Shown: positions 41,060-52,689 of the stretch, one piece after another
How positions within the stretch are numbered: the stretch's first letter is position 1
Layout: each line of letters opens with the position of its first letter
Source of the DNA: Octopus sinensis
Taxonomy: Eukaryota
Assembly (NCBI RefSeq): GCF_006345805.1
Contig: NC_043001.1
Location: 104,346,001 to 104,410,000 of the forward strand
DNA length: 64,000 bases
Reading direction: 5' to 3'
Position numbers and translations under genes: made by a program
Notes under the pieces: generated by a model
Seen by the model: only the letters and a program-made list of their open reading frames with translations
The model's database searches: none
Told to the model about the DNA's origin: nothing

Positions 41060-44000
41060 AGTGTGTGTGTGAAGGTTCCTACGGGACAATCTGCTGAGAG
41101 CCACTGACCAGATCTGTGAAAGTCCCATCTCGTCCCAGGGAAACGTGGTGGTGGAACTATGTTGTAGACAGGGCTATTAGAGACAAGAGACAGGCTTGGA
41201 GGGACTGGAAGAATGGCGGTAACAGGGAATTGTATCATACTGCGAAAAGAGAAGCTAGGAGACAGGTTTTTGTAGCCAGAGGGGAAGCAGATAAGAAAAA
41301 ATTTGCCAATGTTCTGCGCCGTGAGGACCAAAGACTTGAGGTATTTTGTGTTGCAAGACAGTGTGTGAGAGAGAATCGTAATGTGGTAGGAGAGAAATGT
41401 GTCCACATGGATGATGGTTCAACTGATCAGGGAGAGAGTCAAATTGGACGAGATGCAGTTCGGTTTCGTGCCAGGGAAAAGCACCACCGATGCCATATTT
41501 CTGGTGACACAGCTGCAGGAGAAATACCTAGCCAAAGATAAACCTCTGTACCTGGCTTTCGTTGACTTGGAGAAAGCCTTTGACAGGGTCCCCCGATCCC
41601 TTATCTGGTGGTCAATGAGGAAACAAGGGATAGATGAATGGTTAGTGAAAGCTGTGCGAGCCATGTACAGAGACGCTGTTAGTAAGGTGACGGTTGGCAA
41701 CGAGTACAGTGAAGAATTCCAGGTAGAGGTTGGGGTTCACCAAGGCTCAGTCCTCAGCCCCCTCCTATTTATGATAGTCCTCCAGGCAATAACGGAGGAA
41801 TTCAAGAAAGGATGCCCCTGGGAGCTCTATGCTGATGACCTTGCTCTAATTGCTGAGTCACTATCAGAACTGGAGAAGAAGTTTCAGACATGGAAGCAAG
41901 GATTAGAATTGAAGGGCCTTAGAGTCAACCTAGCTAAAGGTAGGAAGGTAGACAAATCACAGGTAGATGTGATTTGATCTTCAGGTAGATGGCCCTGCTC
42001 GATCTGTAGAAAAGGCGTAGGTAGGAACTCTATAAGATGCACCAAGTGTAAGCTATGGACACATTAGAGGTGCAGCAATGTCAAAGGAAGGCTAACTCGG
42101 AAGATAGTTTTTGTATGTGGCAGATGCTCTGGTGCAATAAACACTGAAAATGCGCAGAGACCATCTTCCGCCACATTCCAGGGAGAAAATCTAGAAATAG
42201 TTGATAGTTTCCGTTACCTAGGTGATCAAGTCAGTAGCGGGGGCGGGTGTGCTGAAAGTGTAACTGCTAGAGTAAGAATAGCCTGGGCAAAGTTCAGAGA
42301 GCTCTTACCTCTGCTGGTGACAAAAGGCCTCTCGCTCAGAATAAAAGGCAGACTGTATGACACACGTGTACGAACAGCCATGCTACATGGCAGTGAAACA
42401 TGGGCCGTGACTGCTGAGGATATGCGTAAGCTTGCAAGAAATGAAGCCAGTATGCTCCGATGAATGTGTAACGTCAGTGTTCATACCCCACATAGTGTAA
42501 GTACCTTGAGAGAAAAGTTGGGCCTAAGAAGCATCAGATGTGGTGTGCAAGAGAGACGTCTACGCTGGTATGGACATGTGGTAAGAATGGATGAAGATGG
42601 TCGTGTGCCACATCCTAGCGGTTGAGGGAATCTGTGGAAGAGGTAGACCCAGGTAAACCTGGGACGAGGTGGTGAAGCACGACCTTCGCTCTTTAGGTCT
42701 CACCGAGGAAATGACCAGAGACCGAGACCTTTGGAAGTATGCTGTGTGTGAGAAGACCCGGTAGGACAAGTGAGGCCATAACCCGTGACCTCTACCTGGG
42801 ACGTAGTCAGTCCACTTGTGCATACCTTTCCTTCTTGGGACACAAAACTCTATTTGTGAAGACCTGTTGAGGCAAGTGAAAATCAAAATCGAAATCGATC
42901 AACATAAATGGAATTTGTAGTTGTGATACGAGTGCCGGTGGCACGTAAGAGAACCATCCAAACGTGGCCGTAGCCAGCACTGCATTGCCTGGCCTATGTG
43001 CCGGTGGCACGTAAAAAGCACCCACTACACTCATGGAGTGGTTGGCGTTAGGAAGGGAATCCAGCTGTAGAAACACTGCCAGATCTGACTGGGCATGGTG
43101 CAGCCTTCGGGCTTCCCAGACCATAGTTGAACCGTCCAACCCATGCTAGCATGGAAAGCGGACGTTAAACGATGATGATGATGATGATGATATAAACTTA
43201 GATATGTTTCGACCAAAGATTGGTCCAGGCCATGTCTAACTTAATAGCACCACCTGATAGGATTATCTAAATATTGTTTAAGTCAAGTTTTGTTTATGGT
43301 CCATTCAAGTAGTGAGTTCTTGTTGGGTGAGTTGTATCCTATTATGGATAGCTTATCCGGTATTCCTTGAAGAAATCTATCCAGACTCCGTTTAAAGTTG
43401 ATGGGATCTTTTTCTTCTTTAATCTCTTTCGGGACAATGTGAAACAGGGCAGGGCCTGTTGAGGAGAAGAAATTATGTCGCAGTCTACCTATATGCTGTG
43501 ATCCTGAATTGGGCAGGGGACGTATGGCCCATGGTCCCAGCCTTGGATGAACCTTGAAACTAATGTTCAGGTCATTTGGGCAAAGTTGGCGGTATATTCT
43601 CCACATCGTATAAATGATGTACCGCTCACGGTGGTGCTGGAGAGAGTAGAGTTTCAAGGCTTTAAGGCGGTCCCAATAATCGAGATCAGTCATGCCTTCA
43701 ATTCGTTTAGTGAGTGCTCTCTGGGGTGATTCAATCCTTGAGATGTTTTGTTTTGTATGGGGAGACCACAGTGGGCAGCAGTATTCGAGGTGTGGCCGTA
43801 CAAAAGAGGAGAAAAGTGGTATGGTGACACCTTGCTCTCTGGACTGGAAGGTTCTTAATATCCAGGAGCTAATCTTATGAGCTATATCAACCTTATTGTT
43901 GATGTGGACACTCCAATTGAGATTGTCATCAACAATTACGCCTAGGTCTTTGATATTGTTAGAGGGTGTGAGCGCTTCCCCTGAAGGAAGAGAGTATGGC

Positions 44001-44305
44001 TGTTTTAGTATAGACTTTCTTCCAAAATGCATCAGCTCAAATTTTCCATCGTTCAGTTGCATTTTGTTTTTGTCTGTCCATTGACTCACAGCATATAGAT
44101 CAGACTGGAGTTGAGTGCGGTCGTATTCTTCATTAATGATTTGCTGCGGCTTAGTGTCATCAGCAAATATTATCACTTTGCAGTGATTTACGACACTGGA
44201 AAGGTCATTTATGCAAATTATAAAGAGGAGTCCCCTGTATATATGATCCTCATCATCATTGCTTAATGTCTGTTTTCCATGCTGGCATAGGTATGTGTAT
44301 ATATA

Positions 44306-44350
<45 letters not shown>

Positions 44351-46408
44351 TATATAAATACAAAATGGGACAAGAACACTGGCACAGGTATCACAACTAT
44401 AATTTCCATTTGATATTTATTTTGATGTTGATGTACTTGACTCAATAAGTCTCCTCAAGCACAGCAGGTCACCCTACGATCCAAGGTAACCACAACAGAT
44501 CGTTCTGCAATCCAAAGTACTTTGGATGGGCTGGGACTATGCGAAACTGGTGCAGGAAGCAGCCATGAACTCACACTATTTGTCAGGGTTTTGCAGTCAC
44601 AGCATATCTCCAGAGGTCTCAGTCTTTCGTCATTGCCTCTGTGAGGCCCAACATTCGAAGGTCATGCTTGACTACCTCATCACATGTCTTTCTGGGTCTA
44701 CCTCTCCCCCAGATACCTTCATCTGTTTGGGAGTGGCACTTCTTCACACATCTCTCCTCATCCATCCGCAGTACATGACCATATCAGCGCAAACATCTCT
44801 GTTGCACACCACATCTGATACTTCTTATGTCCAGCATTTCTCTCAGGGCGCTTACACTCTGTCGTGTGTGCACACTGACATTACACATCCAGTGGATCAT
44901 GTTAGCATTTCTTTCAAGCCTACACATTTCCTCTGCAGTCACATCCCATGTTTCACTACCGTGAAGCATGGCAGTTCACACACATGCATCATACAATCTA
45001 CCTTTCACTCAGAGCTAGAGACCGTTTGTCACCAGTAAGGGTAGGAGCCTTCTAAACTTTGCCCAGGCTATTCATATTCTAGTGGTGGCACCCTCTGAGC
45101 ATCCACCTCCACTACTAACTTGGTCACTTAGGTAGCGGAAACTATCAACTACTTCTAGTTTCTCCCCCTGGAGTGTGATGGAATCTGTTTTCTGAGTATC
45201 TGTGGTGTCTATTGCCCCTGTGCATCTGCCGCACATGAAAGCTATCTTCTCAGTTAATTTTCCTTTGATGTTGCTGCACCTCTTATGCATCCATAGATTA
45301 CACTGGGTACATCTTATAGAGTTTCTACCTACACCTTTTCTACAGATCGAGCAGGGCCACCTACCCGAGGGGGTGTGTGATGAGTTCGCCTTTCTGCTTA
45401 CTATAACTTTGGTCTTTGCTACACTTACTCTAAGGCCCTTTGATTCTAAGCCTAGCTTCCACACCTGAAATTTCTTTTCTAGTTCCGGTAGTGATTCTGC
45501 TATGAGGGCCAGGTCATCTGCATAAAGGAGCTCCCAGGAGCAACCTGTCTTGAATTCCTCTCTTATTGCCTGGAGGACTATGATGAATAGAAGGCGACTA
45601 AGGGCTATATATATATAATGATAAATATATATATATATATATCATCATCGTCTAATGTCCGCTTTCCATGCTAGCATGGGTTGGACGATTTTGACTAAGG
45701 GCTGGCAAACCAGATGGTTGCACCAGGCTCCAGTCTTCATTTGGCAGAGTTTCTACGGCTGGATGCCCTTCCTAACGCCAACCGCTCCGAGAGTGTAGTG
45801 GGTGCTTTTTACGTGCCACCGGCATGGAGGCCAGTCAGGTGGTACTGGCAATGACCTTGCTCAAATCCTTTTACACATGCCACCAGCACAGGTGCCAGTA
45901 AGGTGACTTTGGTAACGATTACGCTCAAATGGTACCCAGTAACTTTGGTAATGTTCACACTCGAATGGTGCCCATTTATGTGCCACTGGTACGGAAACCA
46001 GTTGGCTGCTCTGGCAATGATTACACTCGGATGATGCTCTTGGCACCCTACTAGCACAGGCACAAGTGCCAGTAAGGCGATGCTGGTAATGATCACGCTC
46101 GAATGGTGCCCTTTACGTGCCACTGGCACGGAAGCCGGTTAGCTGCTCTGTCAATGATCACGCTCGTATTTGTGCTCATTGCACTCTGCCAGCACAGACG
46201 CCAGTTATCGAATTTGATTTTGATTTTGCTTTTGATTGATTTGATTTGATATATATATGATTATATTGTGGTCACATTTATATAACACAATCTCCTCATT
46301 TCAATAAAGTAAAAACCCAATTTAAACAAAATGTAATAAAAATATTTACTTAGCTCTTTCTTTGTCAATATCTTCACTGTTCAGGTCTTTCAAGAGAGGT
46401 TTGTAATT
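32638..46408 (-). CDS. Cassette U4: X 46408-46350 + Z 33371-33338 + T 32676-32638; NYKPLLKDLNSEDIDKERAK|SLAEKYFGSST|ILKSNNKHCYQI*
   Basis: tatttatag|AATTAC..GCTAA|gtaaat (59 nt); ttcttttgcag|ATCTCT..AGCACG|gttagt (34 nt); tttcccttcag|ATATTG. The X-Z intron is expanded to about 13 kb by TE insertions. Confidence 0.62.
35950..37170 (+). mobile_element. Degraded RTE LINE
   Basis: LAFVDLEKAFDRVP, HQGSLLSPLLF and PWELLYTDD remnants plus 3'UTR and tail. Confidence 0.9.
37300..38310 (+). mobile_element. Penelope-like element remnant (RT + GIY-YIG endonuclease)
   Basis: YVDDTF, IQFTVEK, FLDVLI, then IPCSCSRVYKGKT..EEH..SGITDHVW..LKEA. Confidence 0.85.
38776..38848. repeat. (AG)n microsatellite
   Basis: Seen directly in the sequence. 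Confidence 0.95.
39824..41015 (+). mobile_element. Full-length decayed mariner transposon (~1.2 kb)
   Basis: TIRs ttgggtcatccacaaata / tatttatgggatgccccaa; ORF MEVTKEHIQHILLNEF..., VPHKL, IVTGDEKWVLY, HQDNAQPH with stop codons. Confidence 0.92.
41073..43190 (+). mobile_element. Relatively young RTE LINE, 5'-truncated with an internal deletion near 41415
   Basis: ORFs 41116..41541 and 41399..41977 (QFGFVPGKSTTDAIF, VDLEKAFDRVP, GVHQGSVLSPLLF, YADD); 3'UTR and (GAT)n tail. Confidence 0.95.
43250..44236 (-). mobile_element. CR1/L2-type LINE ORF2 C-terminal fragment (297-aa open stretch)
   Basis: FADDTK, LQSDL, KDLGVIVD, VRPHLEYCCPLWSPH, RLKALKLYSL. Confidence 0.92.
44250..45605 (-). mobile_element. 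RTE LINE 3' portion
   Basis: ORF 45072..45464 GRWPCSICRKGVGRNSIRCTQC...; contiguous 3'UTR. Confidence 0.92.
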
Positions 46409-47751
46409 CTATAAATATTCAAAATGAAACCATATGTTTAGACTTTCATAATAAACTGAATGATTTAACATCTGCAGTTCTATTTTACCATGTAATTGAC
46501 TCTTCAATCAAACTGGATATTGCCTCACTTCCTGAAGCAATTGGTTGTTTTGCTTCTCTACATCCACAGCAACATCAAATTTCTGATATTTCAGGAACAT
46601 TGGAATAATTCCAAAACAAATTATTTCAACCAACTTTGTACGGTAGGAAAATTAAAGTAATCATTTCTAAACAATGCACAAGATCACACATTTTGTAGGG
46701 GTCTAAGTATTTGCAACACAGAGCTTGACTAATAAAGGAATGTGGTCTACTAATTAGGGTTTTAACTTCACAATTATAAAGTAATGGCTTTGCTTCCTGG
46801 ACCAAGAGGTACATTATGCCCCTGAGTAAAACGGTTCAGTAAATTTCCCTCTAATCTACTTAGCTGACAATATGCAACAGCTGAGTGATGCTGGAGCCCT
46901 CTCTCAATCCAGCTATCATGTCCTCACTGTTGGGTGAAAGGTAGGATGGTTGAGGAGTTGTTTGTATTGAATTGTCACTGCATAGACACATAAAACACTT
47001 AGTGAAAGTATGGTTTCATGTTACCAGATTATATTATTTTGTGTGAAATAGCTATGGGGTTATTTTTGTGGATTATTTTTCTAAATACTTGACTAATATT
47101 TTCTGAAATCAGAAAGGATGAAAGACAAAATTGACAAATGTGAGATTCAAAATCAGGCAATAATCCCCCACTTCATTACAAGAAGTTGCAAAATATTCAT
47201 TGCATTTTGAATAAAAAAAAAGTTTTGGATATACTGGATCTTACAGTATCCAGATATAGTTTTTGGGTAAGGAAAGAAGACAAAATGGTATCACTTTGAA
47301 CAACATTGCTCATTCAGAACCTAGCTGGAATTAAGCCTTTCAGAGTGAATGCACCCATATCCAGCCTCAATATTCTGTTTAATATTTACACCAACCACAT
47401 CTAACTTCCCATATCATCAAGTCTTAAAGCTGTACCAAATTACTAATATTGAAAAGAGATGTAGAATTCCAAAACAAAGAAGCAAAATATGTTTCAGGAA
47501 GAAAATAAATCTAATCTCTAGTTCCTAACAGAAAAGGGCCATCACAGAAGGCAACATATAATCATTTCATTTGCTAAAATATAGCAGCCAAATTGTTATC
47601 GACTATCATCTTTGAAATAGCATCAGCTTGTATTAAGTTCCTCAATTTCAGACAATGCTCCAAAATAAATTCAATATTTTTTTATAAGTTTGTCAGATGA
47701 GGCAAGTTACTTTTTGTGACATTTTGGTAGCCCTTCAGACTTGTAAAGATT

Positions 47752-50700
47752 TCAATGTATGATGTTCAACCTGATTATCTGAAGGTAAAAAATGAAACCC
47801 AAACTGTTGGTAATCTTTATCACCACATGATTGAAAATGAGGAATTGTACATTAAATGTTTCTGCCATTGATGTTGCTGCTAATACTACTATTAATACTG
47901 CTGCTGCTGTCGCCTCTGCCATCGACAACCAAAACCATTACTACCATACCACTATATTCACCCGAGGACTATTGCTTTGTCAACTGACATTGCTGCAAGT
48001 GTTACCTGTAGTTAGGTTGCAGCCCAATTTTAGACAATATGAAGAGATTACCTGCTAAATTAATCCCAACACAGACATGAATTGATATAGAGGAAGGCCA
48101 AACGCTGAATAAATAAAAAAAAAAAACACCTGCACTGGATTTGATCCTATGATGTAAGAGCATGTAATCCAATATTTTACTCTTGCAACCATAGCATTTC
48201 TGCGAGTGTATATACATTGGCAGTTTATGATTAAATAATACCAGATTTATTAACAAATCAGTTATTTTTAGCTCTGTTGTAATTGTTTAGCCCCAGGACA
48301 GTCCTCTTCCAGCAGACCTATTATCCAAAAGAGTGCTTCTAATGACAAAACCCAATAAGGACACTTATGCAGGGCCTCCATCACTGGTAGGAAAAGGGAA
48401 GGATGAAACCATCACTTGCTTGTTATCATCAGATCATATACCTCAAGTGAATGCTTACTACAGAAGGAATTCCACTGAATGCATCATTGGTACAGCTGGT
48501 GGTATAAGAATGGACAAGGGATCAAACCTAACACCAAAGAACTTGTAAAGCCCATGCAAGAGAGCTTTCAAAGAGTTTGCTGCTATCAAACTTCAAACAC
48601 CAAATTAGATTTGACCCCAGGTTAACATAGAAATAATTATCTTAGGAATTCTGTATTGAGATAGAACCTGGAAGCACATGATTGCAAAGTATACTTTTTA
48701 AATGCATATCAATGCTTGTGTCTGCTTTGTGGCTGTGAAAGTGGATGGCTGTATTTTAAATGGGTGTGGGCATGGTTGGGTAGAGAAGACATTCAATTTG
48801 AAACACATGATTCCTGATTCAATCCCAATGCACAGCACTTTCGACAAGTGTTTTCTACTCCAGTAATTGTTTGACCAATTCCTTGAGAATAAAATTTGGT
48901 AGATGGAAACTGTGTAGAAGACCAGCTGTTGCTTGTACATTGAAGCCTCTGTCTACAGCACAATGTTATCTAAGGAAAAGACAAAGGCCAATACAGCTTC
49001 ACAGCAGTGTCATCACAAGCATGGCTGTGAGAAGGGAAAGAGCAGGATGAGATACCACAAGGCATCCAGTCAGGTGTTTTAACAATCCTGGACTGCTACT
49101 ATTATTATTAAATTCAAAAAGTGAAAGGTAAAATTAACTTCACTGTTATTTGAACTCAGAATTTAGACAACCAAGACAAATACTGCAAAGCCTTCTATCC
49201 GATGCTTGAATCTCTCTGCCAATATACTGCACAGTAAATAAATCGTATCAACTAACCTCATACTCTTTAAAGTGTTGCTCTACCAGCTCCCTGCAAAAGA
49301 AACAAACAAATTTTCATCACATCATCACAATCATCATTATTATTTCTACACCAGCTCACAAAAAGAACCATTACAGAATTGTTATTTTGTGTTTGTAAAT
49401 TTTATTATTTTAATCTAAATCTACAATACATTTGAATAAGTCTAATCTCTATCAGGCATCATATTTGTGGATGTCTGTAGCATATCAAACTGGAATGTAT
49501 TTGAATTATAAGTCTTCCTTCATCGATTATTAATCTTTAGAGAATGTTGAAGGTTTTTGCAGTTTTTCTTCTAAATATATTTGAACAAGTTTTTATGGAC
49601 ATTTATATGTGAATAGTATCAATTTTTCTATGGCTGAATGCCCTTCCTAACATCAATCACTCCAACAGTGTAGTGGGTGCTTTTGCATACCACTGGCATG
49701 GGTGCCATTGATATGACACCAGCATCAGCCATGTCTATGATCTCACTTGGCTTGACAGGTCTTCACAAGCACAGTATATCACCAAAGGTCTTGCTCACTT
49801 GTCACTGCCTCCATGAAGTCCAATGCTTGAACAGTGTCTTTAACATGCCACTGGTATGAGTGCCAGTTCGATGGCACTGGCATTGGTCACAACTATGATC
49901 TCATTAGGCTTGTCAGATCTACTCAAGCACAGCATATTGCCAAAGGTCTCGGTTACTTATCATTGCCTCCATGAGGCACAACTTTTAAAGATCATGCGTG
50001 ATCATCTCGGCCCATATCTTCCTGGGTCTGTTTCTTCCACAGGTTTCCTCCACCATTAGAGGACAGCACTTCTGTCCTTGTCCATGAGCATCGTATCACC
50101 ATACCAATGCAGTCAACTCTCTTACACACCATATCTGATACCTCTTATACCTAAATTTTCTCTCAGGGTGATTACACTGTTGTGCATGCACACTGATATT
50201 ACACATCTAGTGGGGCCTACGAGATTCATTTCTTACAAACCTATGCATGTCCTTGGCAGTCACTGTTTCACTGCCATGTAGCATGGCACTTTGCACCTAG
50301 GCACCATACAATCTTCCACAGCAGAGGTAGGAGCTCTTTGAACTTTGCTCAGCCTATTCTTCTAGCAGCTATGCTCTTGGGGCATCTGACTTGGCCACCT
50401 ACCTTCCACACACAAAAGCTATTTTTCCTGTTAACCTTCCTCTGATATTGCTGCATATCTTATGTGTCTATAGCTTACACTGGGTACATATTATGAAGTT
50501 TCTACCTACACCATTTCTACGGATCAAGCAGGGCCATCTACCTAAAGGTGTGTGTGATTTGTCTGCCTTCCTACTTACTAAGACTTTGGCTTTTGGTAGG
50601 TTAACTCTAAGGCCCTTCGATTCCATTGCTGCACATCTTATGTGTCTATAGCTTACACTGGGTACATCTTATGGAGTTTCTACCTACACCTGTTCTACAG

Positions 50701-51684
50701 ATCAAGCAGGGCCATCTACCTAAAGGGATGTGTAATTTGTCTGTCTTCTTACTTACTAAGGCTTTGGTTTTTGGTAGGTTAACTCTAAGGCCCTTCGATT
50801 CTAGAACTTGCTTCCACACCTGAAACTTCTCTAGTTCTGGAAGTGATTCAGCTTTAAGAAGAAGGTCATCAGCATAGAGGAGCCCCCAGGGACAGCCTCT
50901 CTTGAATTTCTCAGTTATTGCCTGGAGGACTATGATGAACAAGAGGGGACTGTGGCGTCATCCTTGGTGAACCCCTACGCCTACCTGGAGTTCTTTGCTA
51001 TACTTGATGCCAACCCTCAACTTACTGACCACATCCCTGTACTTGGCTTGTACAGCTATCACCAACCACTAGTCGATCCCTAGTTTCTGAATAGACCATC
51101 AGATAAGGTATTGAAGAACCATGTCAAAGGCTTTTTCCAAGTCAACAAAAGTCAAGTACAAAGGTTTATCTTTGGCTAGGTATTTCTCATGCAGCTGTTT
51201 TACCAGAAATATAGCCTCAGTGATGTTTCTTCCAGCACAAAACCAAATTGCATTTCATCCAGACTAACTCTCTCGCTAATTAGTTGGGCTATGATCCAAG
51301 AATCTTAAACCTCTGTAATTATTTCTAAAGTATCACCTTTACCTTTGTAGCAGTTGACTATGGTGCTGCTACACCAGTCACTGGGTATGACTCTTTTGTG
51401 TACCACCTGGTTAAAACATACAAACAAAATTAGTATATTCAAAGTTGCATAACCAGGACTTACTGAAGTTGAAACATATATATTTAATGTTGTCTCATAT
51501 CAACAATGTCATGGCTTCTCTTACTATCCTGACATCATCATCATATTTATATACATCATAGTTTCTCTATAATTGAAGGTAAAAATTAAATTTAAGCAGA
51601 ATCTTATAAAATTACTTACAGGGCTCTTTTCCTTTTTATAGAGTATGGATGGCTGTCCATTTCCTTTTTGAAATTTTCATATGA
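47752..51684 (-). CDS. Cassette U3: X 51684-51620 + Z 49290-49257 + T 47778-47752; SYENFKKEMDSHPYSIKRKRAL|ELVEQHFKEYE|IIRLNIIH*
   Basis: cttttttag|TCATAT..GCCCT|gtaagt (65 nt); ttcttttgcag|GGAGCT..TATGAG|gttagt (34 nt); ttttaccttcag|ATAATC..CATTGA. Confidence 0.7.
49630..51400 (-). mobile_element. Degraded RTE LINE with an internal ~180-bp tandem duplication (50450-50810)
   Basis: PWGLLYADD and GRWPCLIC motifs; the cttacactgggtacat block is repeated. Confidence 0.88.
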
Positions 51685-52191
51685 CTAAAAAAGTTTACAA
51701 TAAAAGCATTTATTGTAGCTTTATAAAAAAAGCAATGATTTGACATTAATAATTCTATTTTGGATTGGTTTCCACTATTCAATGAAACAAAACATTACCT
51801 GACTCACAGAAACACTTAAACAAAAAAGAAGTTAATCTTTTTCTCTATACATTTTAACTTCTAGTAAAGAGCTGAAATCATTGACTGATGGGGGATATTG
51901 CCTAACTTGAGAAGTGATGCAGTAAAGGGATGTGACATAATACTACAAGGCATTTCATCTTGCACTGTCAACTGATTTTGATATTCCCTTCTTAAAAGAA
52001 GATTCTATGCAGTCACTAAAAGATAGCAACAAAATAACCCTGAAATCTTTCAGAAAAAAGGGAGGCTGTGTGGTAAGAGGTCTGTTTCCCAACCACATAG
52101 TTGCAGGTTCAGTCCCACAACATGTAACCACAGGCAAGTGTCTTCTACTATAGCTTTGGGAAACTGAGAGAAGCCTGCCACACACACGTGT

Positions 52192-52226
<35 letters not shown>

Positions 52227-52689
52227 TCTTTGTTTGTCCTGAACCATTGCATGACAACCAGTGTTGGTGTGTTTATGCTCCCATAATCTAGCAGTCCACC
52301 AAAAGTGATCAACAGAATAAGTACCAATCTTAAAAACAACAGGTACAGGGGTTGAGTCATTCCACTAAAAATTCTGAAAGGTGGTACCCCAGCATGGCCA
52401 CAGTCTAGCAACTGAAACAAGATGAAAGATATATTGGATAATGCTGTATCAAGATTCACAGTGAGTTCATTAGCTTCTATTTCAAAGGAGGAATGGGTAC
52501 TTCTCCAACCAGCTACAAACACTACTGCTGCCTATCAGCTAAATTGTTGTATGTTGTGTTATCAGACAGGAAAAGATGGAAAGCTATGTTGACCTCCGCA
52601 CAATTTTGAATACAGAAATTCAAGAAAAGTGTTAAGCTGTCATTTGATTGCTCAGCTAAATCTTTATCAACTATCATCTTTAAAATGTC

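Noticed and set aside
45780-46210. Repeat-spacer pattern resembling a CRISPR array
   Set aside because: Eukaryotic context, no cas genes, degenerate repeats with related spacers, and it lies inside a LINE 3'UTR.
46860-46977. Reading exon E through to a stop as a terminal exon (DNSIQTTPQPSYLSPNSEDMIAGLREGSSITQLLHIVS*)
   Set aside because: A strong internal gtgagg donor and the position just upstream of W and X fit an internal exon better; its conservation is no higher than flanking intron.
47735-47778. Phase-1 reading of T exons (DNQVEHHTLKSLQV*) or an 8-nt microexon ending at gttgaa
   Set aside because: The preceding Z exon ends in phase 0, and gttgaa is a weak donor. The phase-0 reading conserves the stop position with TAA/TGA interchange.
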